From Psychroserpens sp. (GTDB lineage: Bacteria; Bacteroidota; Bacteroidia; Flavobacteriales; Flavobacteriaceae), in assembly GCA_047612485.1 (NCBI GenBank), contig JBLGAT010000006.1, positions 4,565-68,564 on the forward strand: 64,000 bases of DNA, written 5' to 3'. Positions 29,226-40,770 of the stretch are shown in pieces. The translations under genes and the position numbers were made by a program. Under the pieces are notes generated by a model. The model saw only the letters and a program-made list of their open reading frames with translations. It had not been told where the DNA came from and did no database searches. The number at the start of each line of letters is the position of its first letter. Position 1 is the stretch's first letter.

Positions 29226-31139
29226 ATGACCAGTAGACAGGAAGATATCGAAGCTAAAAAATTTGAAAAAATAAACACCATCATCCATCAAAACTCGGAA
29301 GAGGCTTCTTTGTTCGTAGCAAAAGAAATTGCCCAACTCATCAAACAACGACAAAAATTAGGCAAAAAGGTAGTTTTAGGCCTGGCCACGGGATCGTCAC
29401 CTACAAAAATGTACGAGTATTTAGTACGGTTTCATAATGAAGAGGGGTTGAGCTTCAACAACGTGGTTACCTTCAACTTGGATGAGTACTACCCTATGCA
29501 ACCGGATAGTATCCACAGCTATGTACGTTTTATGAACGAACATCTGTTCGATCATTTGGACATCAAAAAAGAAAACATCCATATCCCTGATGGCTCCCTT
29601 CCCAGAGAAGACGTACGGTCGTTTTGTGAGCGATATGAACAAAAGATAAAAGATTTAGGCGGACTGGACATCCAAATATTGGGCATAGGGAGAACGGGGC
29701 ATATTGGTTTTAACGAACCAGGATCTACCCTCTCCAGTAAAACAAGGATGGTTCGTTTGGACCGTGTCACCAGATTGGACGCCGCCAGTGATTTCTTTGG
29801 ACATGAAAATGTACCAACCAAAGCCCTAACCATGGGGGTTGGTAGTATCATGGGGGCAAAACGGATCATCCTAATGGCATGGGGGGAAGGAAAATCGGAA
29901 ATTATTAGGCAAGCAGTGGAAGGTGAGATCAAGGAATCGGTTCCTGCTACCTTTTTACAGCATCATGGCAATTGCGATTTTATCTTGGACGAAGCTTCCG
30001 CCTCTTCTTTGACAAGGATAAATACGCCTTGGTTGGTGGGGGAATGTGAATGGGACGACGTAAGGATCAAAAAGGCCACCATTTGGTTGTCCCACATCTT
30101 GGGAAAGGCCATTTTAAAATTGACCAACGAAGACTACAACGAACACGGCATGGGTAGTATGGTGGCCGAAAAAGGTTCAGCCGAAGATATCAATCTTAAA
30201 GTTTTCAATCAGTTGCAACATACCATAACCGGATGGCCGGGAGGTAAACCCAACGCTGATGACCACAATAGGCCAGAACGAAATACTCCCTTTCCCAAAA
30301 CATCTTTGATATTCAGTCCCCACCCCGATGATGATGTCATCTCAATGGGCGGAACCCTGCTGCGCTTAGTAGACCAGGGTCATGACGTGCATGTGGCCTA
30401 CCAGACCTCTGGTAACATTGCCGTTTTTGATGATGAAGTGATTCGTTTTATGGATTTTGCCAGTGATATCCAACATCAAAATGAACCCTTTAAACAAAAA
30501 TACAAGGAGGTTAGAGACTTTTTAAACCATAAGGGCGCAGGGGAAGCCGACAGTTTGGAAATACAAAATTTCAAAGGGCTGATCAGAAAAGGAGAAGCCC
30601 TATCTGCCTGCCGCTACTCCGGGGTAAAAGAAGAAAATGCCCATTTCCAGAACCTCCCGTTTTACGAAACGGGCACGGTAAAGAAAAAACCGTATACAGA
30701 GGTGGATATCAACCTCACCATTGAACTGTTGAAAAAAATCCGACCCCACCAAATTTTTGCCGCAGGTGATCTATCCGATCCCCATGGAACCCATAGGGTA
30801 TGTCTCCAAGTTATTTTCAAGGCCTTGGAGCAATTGAAAAATGATGGGGCCGATTGGCTCAAAGATTGTTATGTCTGGCTGTATAGGGGCGCTTGGCAGG
30901 AATGGGATATTGCAGATATGGAAATGACTGTCCCTATAGGGCCAAAAGATATGCGAAGAAAAAAGAATGCCATATTTAAACACCAATCACAAAAGGATAG
31001 CGCTATGTTCCCGGGAAGCGATGAAAGGGAGTTTTGGCAACGTGCGGAACAGCGCAACCAAGAAACCGCTAAAAAGTACGATGCCTTGGGATTGGCAGAA
31101 TATGAAGCTATGGAAGGCTTTGTTAGATATCACTTCTAG
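29226..31139 (+). CDS. nagB: Glucosamine-6-phosphate deaminase fused to a PIG-L-family deacetylase domain
   Basis: GLATGSSP, FNLDEYY, LGIG..GHIGFNEPG, TMG; C-terminal PHPDDDVISMGG and DPHGTH. Confidence 0.92.
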   Translation: MTSRQEDIEAKKFEKINTIIHQNSEEASLFVAKEIAQLIKQRQKLGKKVVLGLATGSSPTKMYEYLVRFHNEEGLSFNNVVTFNLDEYYPMQPDSIHSYVRFMNEHLFDHLDIKKENIHIPDGSLPREDVRSFCERYEQKIKDLGGLDIQILGIGRTGHIGFNEPGSTLSSKTRMVRLDRVTRLDAASDFFGHENVPTKALTMGVGSIMGAKRIILMAWGEGKSEIIRQAVEGEIKESVPATFLQHHGNCDFILDEASASSLTRINTPWLVGECEWDDVRIKKATIWLSHILGKAILKLTNEDYNEHGMGSMVAEKGSAEDINLKVFNQLQHTITGWPGGKPNADDHNRPERNTPFPKTSLIFSPHPDDDVISMGGTLLRLVDQGHDVHVAYQTSGNIAVFDDEVIRFMDFASDIQHQNEPFKQKYKEVRDFLNHKGAGEADSLEIQNFKGLIRKGEALSACRYSGVKEENAHFQNLPFYETGTVKKKPYTEVDINLTIELLKKIRPHQIFAAGDLSDPHGTHRVCLQVIFKALEQLKNDGADWLKDCYVWLYRGAWQEWDIADMEMTVPIGPKDMRRKKNAIFKHQSQKDSAMFPGSDEREFWQRAEQRNQETAKKYDALGLAEYEAMEGFVRYHF

Positions 31140-31156
31140 GAAACTAGATTCAACAC

Positions 31157-31186
31157 AAAAAAGCCCGCCTTGCATGTGGGCTTTTT
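31157..31186 (+). terminator. Intrinsic terminator after nagB
   Basis: AAAAAAGCCC...GGGCTTTTT. Confidence 0.7.
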
Positions 31187-31337
31187 CAATTTCCGAAAGT
31201 ACCATAATCCTAATAGCATTTAATCTTTACACATATCCCATAAAAGTAAAACGAGGCACAACATTTTGGCACTTTTAAATCAATATATATATCCAAAAGT
31301 TCTTCAATTATACTATTTTTAGGGCAATAAGCTTACT

Positions 31338-32612
31338 ATGATTCAAAAAGACAAATGGGCATGGGCATGGGTCCCCATTCTTTACTTTACCCAGGGACTT
31401 CCCTATATATTAGTTGTCAGTGTGTCAGTGATCATGTATAAAAAACTGGGTATCAGCAATTCAGATATCGGTTTTTACACCAGTTGGCTGTATCTGCCTT
31501 GGGTCTTAAAACCATTATGGAGTCCGTTCGTGGATCTAAAGAGTACCAAACGCAATTGGTTCCTGAGTATGCAATTGCTTATTTCTATAGCCTTATTGGG
31601 CGTAGCCCTTACCCTGCCCACCAGTATTTTCTTTATGACTTCCTTGGCCTGTTTTTGGATGGCGGCCTTTGCCTCTGCCACCAATGACATTGCCTCAGAT
31701 GGGTATTATATGATAGGGCTGACAGAAAAAAAACAATCTTTTTTTGTTGGTATGCGTAGCACGTTTTATAGGTTGGCCATGGTCACCGGTCAAGGTCTAA
31801 TAGTGATCCTCGCTGGGTTTCTCGAAAACTATTATGGGGACAATAACAAAGCATGGTCCATCACCATGACCTGCACGGCTTTCCTAATGTTGTTGCTTAC
31901 CCTGTCCAACTTTTTTGTTACCCCAAAGTTCGAAACATCTTTGGCTATACCACAGGATAAACCTGCCAGTTTTTTGGAGGTCTTTTCCTCCTTTTTTAAG
32001 AAACCACATTTGGGTATTGCCCTGGCTTTTATCCTATGTTATCGCTTGGGAGAATCGCAATTGGTAAAAATGGCCTCTCCCTTTTTATTGGATGATGAAG
32101 CTGTAGGTGGATTGGGCTATTCTACGGAAGCAGTAGGAACCATCTATGGAACGGTTGGAGTTGTCATGCTTTCTATCGGGGGGATTTTGGGAGGTATTTT
32201 AATTTCTAGGGATGGCCTAAAAAAATGGATGCTGCCCATGGTCCTCTCTTTAAATATACCCAATGCCCTTTATGCTATTTTGGCCGTAACGAAGACCACT
32301 AACATTGTGGCCGTTGTCGGCACGGTGGTATTGGAACAATTTGGCTATGGCTTTGGTTTTGCTGCCTTTCTGATATTCCTTATTTATACGGCAGAAGGAA
32401 CCTCTAAAACCTCACATTACGCCATTGCCACAGGATTTATGGCCCTCGGCATGATGCTTCCAGGAATGATCAGCGGCTATATCCAGGAATGGCTGGGATA
32501 TGGCGGGTTTTTCATTTGGGTGGTCATTGCCGCCCTCCCTTCCTTATTCCTTTTGAAATTCATAAAATACCCTGCTGATTACGGCAAAAAAACAGCCCCT
32601 ACAAATGAATAA
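31338..32612 (+). CDS. AmpG-like MFS muropeptide permease
   Basis: YFTQGLPY, LPWVLKPLWSPFVD, SAT.DIA.DG, EQFGYGFG; multiple TM segments. Confidence 0.85.
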   Translation: MIQKDKWAWAWVPILYFTQGLPYILVVSVSVIMYKKLGISNSDIGFYTSWLYLPWVLKPLWSPFVDLKSTKRNWFLSMQLLISIALLGVALTLPTSIFFMTSLACFWMAAFASATNDIASDGYYMIGLTEKKQSFFVGMRSTFYRLAMVTGQGLIVILAGFLENYYGDNNKAWSITMTCTAFLMLLLTLSNFFVTPKFETSLAIPQDKPASFLEVFSSFFKKPHLGIALAFILCYRLGESQLVKMASPFLLDDEAVGGLGYSTEAVGTIYGTVGVVMLSIGGILGGILISRDGLKKWMLPMVLSLNIPNALYAILAVTKTTNIVAVVGTVVLEQFGYGFGFAAFLIFLIYTAEGTSKTSHYAIATGFMALGMMLPGMISGYIQEWLGYGGFFIWVVIAALPSLFLLKFIKYPADYGKKTAPTNE

Positions 32613-34221
32613 ACTAGTCCCCTATCAAAAAGCCTCGGCCGCACTTTCCCTACCAGAGAAAGTCGGACAATTATTTATGCCCGCCGCCTTTATCAATGAT
32701 AGTGAAGCAGAAATACAGGCCTTGGAAAAGCTTATTGAAGATTCCCATATTGGCAGTCTCTGTTTTTTTCACAGTAGGGCCAGTGCCGCCACTAATTTTG
32801 AGGGCAAGAAAGAAGTGATCTACAACGAGGACAGCCTTGACACCCTAAAAAAATTAATTGCACGATACCAAAAAGCAGCTAAAACCCCCTTACTCATCAG
32901 TATCGATGCCGAATGGGGCTTAGCGATGCGGGCGGAAAACACCCCCCAATACCCCTATGCCATTACCCAAGGCGGAATTATTGGGCACACCGATCTTATT
33001 TTTAAAATAGGGAAAAATATTGCCCATGATTGCAAATACTGCGGTATTCATTGGAATTTGGCGCCTGTCGTGGATATCAACAACAACCCGAACAATCCTG
33101 TTATAGGCTACAGGTCCTATGGTGAGAATAAAAAGTTGGTGTCCGAAAAGGCAATTGCCTATACCCTCGGCACAAAAAGCGAGGGTGTTCTTACGTGTGC
33201 AAAGCATTTTCCAGGCCATGGAGATACGGCGGTCGACTCCCATTTGGGGCTACCCGTCATAGATAAATCCAAAGAGGCGCTTTGGGAAAATGAACTTTTT
33301 CCTTTTCGGGAATTAATAGAAAATGGTGTAGATTCCGTAATGATAGGGCATTTATCCGTCCCTAGTCTGTCCAACGGAAAAAAAACGCCAGCTACACTCT
33401 CCAAAGAGATTATCAAAGGGGTATTGCGCATAGAAATGCAGTTTTCCGGTGTTGTTATTTCCGATGCCTTAAACATGCACAGCGTTTCCAAAATGTATCC
33501 CACAAAAGGAGAATTGGAATGGACGGCTTTTGATGCGGGGAACGATGTTCTCTGCTTTGCCGAAAATACAAAGGAGGGTATGGACCTCATCTTAAAAAAC
33601 GCTTCCGAACAACAGATAGAAGAAAGCTTTGAGCGTTTTTGGAAACTCAAACTTAAAGCTTATACCCAATTGGAAAATGCTCCCAATACTGTTATAAACC
33701 CAGAGGGCTTGAACCATAAACTCGCCTATGAAAGTCTTAGCCTTGTTTGTGGCGAACAAAAGGATATCAACCAATTTACAAAAGCAGGCTTTGTGGGCGT
33801 TGCCATGGGAAAGGAAGCCCATCCTCCTTTTTTTAGCACCATTTCAAAATCGGTTACTTTTACTGCTTTTTCTACCGAAAATCCTTCAAAAGAAGCTATT
33901 TTAGAGCAAACTGATGGCAAAAACATCCTATTGGCCCTATTTCCACCCCAAGCCAAGCCTAAAGATAATTTTGGGGTATCCCAGCAAGATTTGGAATTTG
34001 TTTTAGAATTGCTTGCCAACCAAAATGTGATCCTCTATCTTTTTGGGAATCCCTACTTTTTAAACCTTTTGCCTTTTCAGAAAGCTAAGGCGGTTGTGGT
34101 TGCCTACCAAGATTTTGAAACATTCCAACAAAACGCCGCAAACCATTTTCTGGGCAAGGTAGATGCTAAAGGAGAACTCCCAATAACCCTAAATTCAGCG
34201 GAATGCATAACTACAAAGTAA
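32605..34221 (+). CDS. GH3 beta-N-acetylglucosaminidase (NagZ-type)
   Basis: DAEWG, APVVD, RSYGE, KHFPGHGDTAVDSH (His-Asp dyad), VISDALNM. Confidence 0.9.
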   Translation: MNKLVPYQKASAALSLPEKVGQLFMPAAFINDSEAEIQALEKLIEDSHIGSLCFFHSRASAATNFEGKKEVIYNEDSLDTLKKLIARYQKAAKTPLLISIDAEWGLAMRAENTPQYPYAITQGGIIGHTDLIFKIGKNIAHDCKYCGIHWNLAPVVDINNNPNNPVIGYRSYGENKKLVSEKAIAYTLGTKSEGVLTCAKHFPGHGDTAVDSHLGLPVIDKSKEALWENELFPFRELIENGVDSVMIGHLSVPSLSNGKKTPATLSKEIIKGVLRIEMQFSGVVISDALNMHSVSKMYPTKGELEWTAFDAGNDVLCFAENTKEGMDLILKNASEQQIEESFERFWKLKLKAYTQLENAPNTVINPEGLNHKLAYESLSLVCGEQKDINQFTKAGFVGVAMGKEAHPPFFSTISKSVTFTAFSTENPSKEAILEQTDGKNILLALFPPQAKPKDNFGVSQQDLEFVLELLANQNVILYLFGNPYFLNLLPFQKAKAVVVAYQDFETFQQNAANHFLGKVDAKGELPITLNSAECITTK

Positions 34222-35279
34222 TAGGACTCATGTCTGGTACCTCTTTGGACGGCTTGGATCTGGCCTATTGCCAAATCTGGAAAAAGCTGGGCCGTTGGGA
34301 GTTTAAGATTTTGGAATCAAAAAGCGTTTCTTACAATAAAGAAACATTTAACAAACTAAAAAAATCCATTTACCTCCCTGCCGATGAGCTTCTTATTTTC
34401 CATAACACCTATGGCACGTGGTTGGGCGAACATGCGAAAAAATTTATAGAGGAGTATAATTTGGAGGTCGATTTTATTTCTAGCCATGGGCATACAACGC
34501 ACCACCAACCTGCAAGAGGGCTCACCTTTCAAATAGGATCTGGACAGCATTTGGCCAATGCCAGTGGCCAAAAGGTGGTCTGTGATTTCAGGACCAATGA
34601 TGTGGCCTTGGGCGGACAAGGAGCACCGTTGGTGCCCATCGGGGATCGGTTATTTTTTAGCAGTTATGATTTTTGTTTAAATTTAGGGGGCATCAGCAAC
34701 ATCTCCTTTGAGCAAAACGGAAAACGCTTGGCCTATGACATAGGCTTGGCCAATATGATTTTGAACCACATTACCCAAAAGGTACAATTGGCTTACGATG
34801 AAGATGGACAATTGGCGAGAAAAGGAACCCTGAACAAGGGCTTATTGCAACAATTGAACGCCTTGGAGTTCTATAGCTTGCCCTTTCCTAAATCCATTGG
34901 TTTTGAATGGTTTGTGGAAAAAGTGGTTCCCATAGTGGATGGCACAGTGGATAGCTTGGAAAACCTTTTGCGCACCGCTATCCACCATATTTGTGAGCAG
35001 GTAGCCCTGCAGGTACAACAGCAGGCAACAAAAAAAGAAAATACTCTTTTGGTGACCGGAGGTGGGGCATTGAACAGCTTTCTTATTGATACCCTACAAG
35101 AAAAATTAGGATCCACCACCAAGGTGGAAACCCCATCCAAAACCCTTATTGAATACAAAGAGGCCTTGGTTTTTGGGCTTATGGGCGTACTGCGATTAGA
35201 ACAGGAAATCAACTGTTTGAGCTCTGTTACGGGGGCTAAGCGCGACTCCTCTAGTGGGGTGGTATTCTTGCCTAATTAA
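34203..35279 (+). CDS. anmK: Anhydro-N-acetylmuramic acid kinase
   Basis: GLMSGTSLDGLD, SHGHT, GGQGAPLVP, LNLGGISN. Confidence 0.92.
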   Translation: MHNYKVIGLMSGTSLDGLDLAYCQIWKKLGRWEFKILESKSVSYNKETFNKLKKSIYLPADELLIFHNTYGTWLGEHAKKFIEEYNLEVDFISSHGHTTHHQPARGLTFQIGSGQHLANASGQKVVCDFRTNDVALGGQGAPLVPIGDRLFFSSYDFCLNLGGISNISFEQNGKRLAYDIGLANMILNHITQKVQLAYDEDGQLARKGTLNKGLLQQLNALEFYSLPFPKSIGFEWFVEKVVPIVDGTVDSLENLLRTAIHHICEQVALQVQQQATKKENTLLVTGGGALNSFLIDTLQEKLGSTTKVETPSKTLIEYKEALVFGLMGVLRLEQEINCLSSVTGAKRDSSSGVVFLPN

Positions 35280-35377
35280 CAAACTTAAATCGATGCTTTC
35301 GAAAACGGTGTAGGTCGTTCCATCAAAAAGTCCGTAGTTTCATCCCAAATCCTTATTTTTGGGCAAAATATATAAGC

Positions 35378-35986
35378 ATGCTGATTATCGGAATAGCGGG
35401 GGGAACAGGTTGCGGCAAAACAACCGTTGTAAATCAGATCGTTAACGAACTGCCCTTTGAAGAAGTTGGGGTCATTTCACAAGATTCGTATTACAACGAT
35501 ATCTCCAACCTTACCTATGAAGAACGTACCAATATCAATTTTGACCACCCAAGAGCCATAGATTTTGACCTGCTCATTGAGCATTTACAAATATTAAAGC
35601 TAGGGCAACCCATTGACCAACCCGTATATTCCTTTGTAAAGCACAACCGCACCAAGGATACCATACATACCTTTCCGAGAAAGGTGATGATCGTAGAAGG
35701 GATTTTGATCCTGACAAACCCTCAGATTAGAGATATGTTCGATATAAAGATTTTTGTCCACGCCGATTCCGATGAGCGTTTGATACGTAGGCTAAAAAGG
35801 GATATTACCGAACGAGGCAGGGATTTGGACGAGGTGCTGAGCCGCTACCAGAACACCCTGAAGCCCATGCACAACCAATTTATAGAACCTACCAAGGAGT
35901 TTGCGGATATCATCATCCCCAACAACAAATACAACACGGTGGCCGTGGATATCGTACGGACAATTATTAATGAAAAATTAGCATAG
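35378..35986 (+). CDS. udk: Uridine kinase
   Basis: GIAGGTGCGKTT, NFDHP.A.D, VEGIL; TATTTTTG box at 35354-35361. Confidence 0.93.
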   Translation: MLIIGIAGGTGCGKTTVVNQIVNELPFEEVGVISQDSYYNDISNLTYEERTNINFDHPRAIDFDLLIEHLQILKLGQPIDQPVYSFVKHNRTKDTIHTFPRKVMIVEGILILTNPQIRDMFDIKIFVHADSDERLIRRLKRDITERGRDLDEVLSRYQNTLKPMHNQFIEPTKEFADIIIPNNKYNTVAVDIVRTIINEKLA

Positions 35987-35992
35987 ACTACC

Positions 35993-36325
35993 ATGGGCCT
36001 AAAAGAACTGAAAAAGAAAAAATGGTTTGGTATCGCGACCAATATGTATATGTTGGTGCTCACCGCATTTTTGATTTGGATGATCTTTTTTGATACCAAT
36101 TCCCTCTTTATCCATTGGGAACTAAAAAAGGAAATTAAAAAATTGGAGAAGCAAAAGGAATTCTTGCAGGAAGAGATCGAAAATGACAAAGAGACGATAG
36201 AAAAGCTATCCGACAAAAAGGAACTTGAAAAATTTGCCCGGGAGAAATATTACCTCAAGAAAAAGAACGAGGATATATATTTGATAGAATACGAGGACAG
36301 CCTAAAAAACAAAAAAGATGAGTAA
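35993..36325 (+). CDS. FtsB/DivIC septum formation initiator
   Basis: N-terminal TM, coiled coil, LEKFAREKY.LKK.NE. Confidence 0.8.
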   Translation: MGLKELKKKKWFGIATNMYMLVLTAFLIWMIFFDTNSLFIHWELKKEIKKLEKQKEFLQEEIENDKETIEKLSDKKELEKFAREKYYLKKKNEDIYLIEYEDSLKNKKDE

Positions 36326-37709
36326 ACCCAAACTTTTTAACGAATTTCAAGAAGTTTCCTCCAAAGCCTGGAAACAACAAATACAGTTCGACTTAAAAGG
36401 GGCGGATTATAATGATACCTTGATCTGGGAATCGCCAGAAGGCATTAAAGTCAAGCCTTTTTACCATTCGGATGAAAATGGGGAACGTATCTTGTTCCCC
36501 CAACCTTTGGGAACATCTTGGAAAATTACCCAGCATATTTATGCCAAGAATGCAACTATGGCCAATGCCAAAGCCTTGGAAGCCTTAAAAAAAGGGGCCG
36601 AGAGTTTACTTTTTACTGTTGCTTCTGAGGAGATTAAAATAGAACGACTTTTAAAGGATATCCCCCTTGAAGCTACTGTCATCCACTTTGATTTTCAGTT
36701 TATATCGGATACTTATATTCAGAAACTCTTTGATTTTGTAGGCAATAAAACACATCGCATCCATTTAAATATCGATATTATTGGCCATTTGGCCAAAAGT
36801 GGAAACTGGTACCATAACCTTAATAAGGACCATGAGATCTTGGAAAAAGTTTTTACCCTGGACCACGCCAGTAACTTCAATAATATCCTTTCTGTAGATG
36901 CCAGTTTGTATCAAAATGCCGGTGCAAATATGGTACAACAATTGGCCTATGCCCTATCCCATGCCAATGAGTATTTAAATCATTTTGCAAAGGACGCTTC
37001 CAACACTAAAATTCAGGGCATCACTTTTAAAATGGCCGTGGGCACCAATTATTTCTTTGAAATAGCAAAACTTAGGGCGATGCGCCTATTATGGAAAACC
37101 TTGGCCAGCGAATACATTTTGGATATGGAATGCCACATTCTGGCCCTGCCCACCAAACGGAACAAAACACTTTATGATTACAACGTAAACATGCTCAGGA
37201 CCACTACGGAATGTATGTCGGCCATCGTTGGTGGAGCAGATGCCATCTGTAATATACCCTACGATGCCCTGTACCATAAAAGCAATGAATTTGGGGAACG
37301 TATAGCACGGAACCAATTGCTGATCCTAAAGCATGAAAGCTATTTTGACAAGGTCAGCAATCCGGCTGACGGCGCCTATTATATAGAAAGCCTAACCACC
37401 CAATTAGCAGAAAAAGCCTTGGACCTCTTTAAAATCTTGGAAGCAGGGGGTGGATTTTTAAAGCAACTGAAAGAACATACCATCCAGAAAAAAATCAAGG
37501 AGAGCGCCCAAAAAGAACAGGAATTGTTCAATACCCATAAAGAGGTATTGGTAGGGACCAATAAATACATCAATAAGGAGGATAAAATGAAGGAGGAGAT
37601 GGAGATTTTTCCTTTTGTAAAGACCGATGCCAGAAAAACACTGTTGGAGCCCATTATTGAAAAACGCTTATCCGAAGCCCTGGAACAAAAAAGATTGAAC
37701 GATGAGTAG
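36318..37709 (+). CDS. Methylmalonyl-CoA mutase small (beta) subunit
   Basis: W...[37 protein letters not shown]-like [10 protein letters not shown]; adjacent to the large subunit. Confidence 0.88.
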   Translation: MSKPKLFNEFQEVSSKAWKQQIQFDLKGADYNDTLIWESPEGIKVKPFYHSDENGERILFPQPLGTSWKITQHIYAKNATMANAKALEALKKGAESLLFTVASEEIKIERLLKDIPLEATVIHFDFQFISDTYIQKLFDFVGNKTHRIHLNIDIIGHLAKSGNWYHNLNKDHEILEKVFTLDHASNFNNILSVDASLYQNAGANMVQQLAYALSHANEYLNHFAKDASNTKIQGITFKMAVGTNYFFEIAKLRAMRLLWKTLASEYILDMECHILALPTKRNKTLYDYNVNMLRTTTECMSAIVGGADAICNIPYDALYHKSNEFGERIARNQLLILKHESYFDKVSNPADGAYYIESLTTQLAEKALDLFKILEAGGGFLKQLKEHTIQKKIKESAQKEQELFNTHKEVLVGTNKYINKEDKMKEEMEIFPFVKTDARKTLLEPIIEKRLSEALEQKRLNDE

Positions 37710-39846
37710 AAAAGACCTGCAACACCTAAAACTAAAAGAGGCTGAAGTTTCGGGTACCGAAGCTTCAGTTTCCAAAACAAAGAGGAAAGTCAATTCAGAT
37801 ACCCCCATCTATATTAAAGAGGACGTATCAGATTTGGAGCACCTTAATTTTGTGGCAGGGATCGCTCCCAACCTACGTGGCCCCTACTCTACTATGTATG
37901 TAAGAAGACCATGGACGATTAGGCAATATGCTGGTTTCTCCACAGCAGAGGAAAGCAACGCCTTTTACAGACGTAACTTGGCCGCAGGACAAAAAGGGCT
38001 TTCCGTAGCCTTTGACTTACCCACACACCGTGGATACGACAGTGATCATGAGCGCGTAGTGGGAGATGTGGGCAAGGCCGGAGTTGCCATTGATTCTGTA
38101 GAGGACATGAAAATTCTCTTCGATTCCATTCCCTTGGGTGAAATGTCGGTTTCTATGACCATGAACGGGGCGGTATTGCCCATTATGGCCTTTTATATTG
38201 TTGCAGCTGAAGAACAGGGAGTATTGCCAAAACAACTGGCAGGGACCATACAGAACGATATTCTTAAAGAATTTATGGTGCGGAACACCTATATCTACCC
38301 TCCGGCACCTTCCATGCAGATCATTTCAGATATTTTTGAATATACAAGCAAGCACATGCCAAAATTCAATAGTATCAGTATCTCCGGCTATCATATGCAG
38401 GAAGCTGGGGCAACCCCGGAAATAGAATTGGCATATACCTTGGCAGATGGTCTGGAATATATTAGGACCGGACTAAAATCTGGCTTGGAAATCGATCAGT
38501 TCGCTCCCCGACTATCCTTCTTTTGGGGTATAGGAATGGACCATTTTATGGAAATAGCCAAAATGAGGGCGGGCCGTATGCTTTGGGCTAAATTGGTCCA
38601 AAAGTTCGATCCCAAAAGTCAAAAATCCCTAGCGCTAAGGACACATTCACAAACCAGTGGCTGGAGTCTTACTGCCCAGGACCCTTTCAACAATGTGGCT
38701 AGAACCACTATTGAAGCCGCAGCAGCGGCCTTTGGAGGCACACAGAGTCTACATACCAACGCCCTGGACGAAGCCATCGCCCTTCCTACCGATTTCTCGG
38801 CACGGATTGCGAGGAATACCCAACTCTTTTTACAGGACGAAACCAAGATCACCAAAACCGTAGATCCTTGGGCCGGAAGTTATTATGTGGAATACCTGAC
38901 CGATGAGATTGCCCAAAAAGCTTGGAAACTGATTGACGAGGTAGAGGAATTAGGAGGGATGACCAAGGCGATTGAGGCCGGAATTCCTAAAATGCGTATT
39001 GAACAGGCCGCCGCAAAAAAGCAGGCCCGTATAGATAGCAACCAGGATATAATTGTAGGTATCAATAAGTACCAATTGGAAGAAGAGGATACCCTTATGA
39101 TTTTGGAAGTGGACAATGAGCAGGTACGCAAACAGCAGCTGGAGCGTTTGGCACAAACCAAGGAAAACAGAAATACAGTTACCGTAGAAGCTGCCTTGAA
39201 TAAATTGACCGAAGCCGCTAAACAAAAACAAACAGCTGACGGATCTGCAACTAAAGAGAATTTACTAGCTTTAGCGGTGGAAGCAGCAAGGGCGAGAGCT
39301 ACCCTAGGGGAGATAAGTGACGCCATGGAAGTTGCTTTTGGACGGTACAAGGCTAAAATTCAATCATTTACAGGAGTGTATTCCAAAGAAATAAAAAACG
39401 ACGAGAGTTTTAAAAAGGCCAGAGAGATGGCCAACCAATTTGCAGAGACCGAAGGCCGTAGGCCGCGGATCATGATCGCAAAGATGGGTCAGGACGGACA
39501 TGACAGGGGAGCCAAAGTAGTGGCAACAGGGTATGCCGACCTAGGCTTTGATGTGGATATAGGTCCCTTGTTCCAAACACCTCAAGAGGCTGCCAAACAG
39601 GCCGTTGAAAACGATGTGCATGTGGTAGGGGTTTCCTCTTTGGCGGCAGGCCATAAAACTTTGGTGCCCCAGATTATTGAAGAACTCAAGAAACATGGTC
39701 GGGAAGATATCATGGTCATCGTAGGTGGAGTGGTTCCAAAACAGGACTATGACTATCTTTTCAAGGCTGGAGCAGTGGCCATTTTTGGGCCCGGCACCAA
39801 AATTAGTGAAACAGCCATCCAAATATTGGACATCCTAATGGACTGA
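37702..39846 (+). CDS. scpA: Methylmalonyl-CoA mutase large subunit (B12-dependent)
   Basis: [46 protein letters not shown]12-binding motif. Confidence 0.96.
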   Translation: MSRKDLQHLKLKEAEVSGTEASVSKTKRKVNSDTPIYIKEDVSDLEHLNFVAGIAPNLRGPYSTMYVRRPWTIRQYAGFSTAEESNAFYRRNLAAGQKGLSVAFDLPTHRGYDSDHERVVGDVGKAGVAIDSVEDMKILFDSIPLGEMSVSMTMNGAVLPIMAFYIVAAEEQGVLPKQLAGTIQNDILKEFMVRNTYIYPPAPSMQIISDIFEYTSKHMPKFNSISISGYHMQEAGATPEIELAYTLADGLEYIRTGLKSGLEIDQFAPRLSFFWGIGMDHFMEIAKMRAGRMLWAKLVQKFDPKSQKSLALRTHSQTSGWSLTAQDPFNNVARTTIEAAAAAFGGTQSLHTNALDEAIALPTDFSARIARNTQLFLQDETKITKTVDPWAGSYYVEYLTDEIAQKAWKLIDEVEELGGMTKAIEAGIPKMRIEQAAAKKQARIDSNQDIIVGINKYQLEEEDTLMILEVDNEQVRKQQLERLAQTKENRNTVTVEAALNKLTEAAKQKQTADGSATKENLLALAVEAARARATLGEISDAMEVAFGRYKAKIQSFTGVYSKEIKNDESFKKAREMANQFAETEGRRPRIMIAKMGQDGHDRGAKVVATGYADLGFDVDIGPLFQTPQEAAKQAVENDVHVVGVSSLAAGHKTLVPQIIEELKKHGREDIMVIVGGVVPKQDYDYLFKAGAVAIFGPGTKISETAIQILDILMD

Positions 39847-39995
39847 CCTCTTGCATTAAAGATTCCTGATCCGTGAATTCCCTTATGTTTAAGATCTTTT
39901 TAGGACTTAATAGGTTGTTATTCACCGTCTGTTAACAAAATACATTTTTTAGCGTTATAAATAATCGTATTTTTAGCCCCTAACTTACTATGATA

Positions 39996-40769
39996 ATGGG
40001 CAAGATAATTGCTATAGCAAATCAAAAAGGTGGGGTTGGGAAAACCACCACTTCAGTGAACCTAGCTGCCTCCTTAGGTGTATTGGAAATGAAAGTATTG
40101 TTGATAGATGCAGATCCCCAAGCCAATGCCACTTCTGGTCTAGGAATAAACGTGGATAATGTGGAAATGGGAACGTACCAACTTCTGGAGCATTCCAAAA
40201 CAGCTTTGGAAACGATTATTACAACATCCTCCCCAAATGTGGATCTTATTCCCTCACATATCGACCTTGTAGCCATTGAAATTGAATTAGTGGACAAAGA
40301 GAAAAGGGAATATATGTTGAAGCAGGCCCTAGAAGGGTTAAAGGAAAAATATGATTATATTTTGATCGATTGCGCTCCTTCTTTGGGATTGTTGACATTG
40401 AATGCATTGACAGCGGCAGACTCCGTCATAATTCCTATTCAATGTGAATATTTTGCTTTGGAAGGTTTGGGCAAATTGTTGAACACCATTAAAAGTGTTC
40501 AAAAAATACATAATCCTGATCTTGATATCGAAGGATTATTGCTTACCATGTTCGATTCACGTCTACGCCTGTCCAATCAGGTGGTAGAAGAAGTGAACAA
40601 ACATTTTTCTGAAATGGTTTTTGATACCATCATCCAAAGAAACGTTAGATTAAGTGAAGCTCCAAGTTATGGGGAAAGCATCATTAAATATGATGCCTCA
40701 AGTAAGGGAGCGGCCAATTATTTGAATTTGGCCAATGAAGTAATGAAAAAAAACAAGGAGATAGTTTAA
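39996..40769 (+). CDS. parA: Chromosome partitioning ATPase
   Basis: NQKGGVGKTT, DADPQANATSGLG, IPIQCEYFALEG; start taken at MGKII. Confidence 0.95.
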   Translation: MGKIIAIANQKGGVGKTTTSVNLAASLGVLEMKVLLIDADPQANATSGLGINVDNVEMGTYQLLEHSKTALETIITTSSPNVDLIPSHIDLVAIEIELVDKEKREYMLKQALEGLKEKYDYILIDCAPSLGLLTLNALTAADSVIIPIQCEYFALEGLGKLLNTIKSVQKIHNPDLDIEGLLLTMFDSRLRLSNQVVEEVNKHFSEMVFDTIIQRNVRLSEAPSYGESIIKYDASSKGAANYLNLANEVMKKNKEIV

Positions 40770-40770
40770 T

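Noticed and set aside
36318-39846. Methylmalonyl-CoA mutase as part of the lipid cluster (propionyl-CoA sink)
   Set aside because: It is 20 kb away in a core udk-ftsB operon; a metabolic link is plausible but has no sequence support here.
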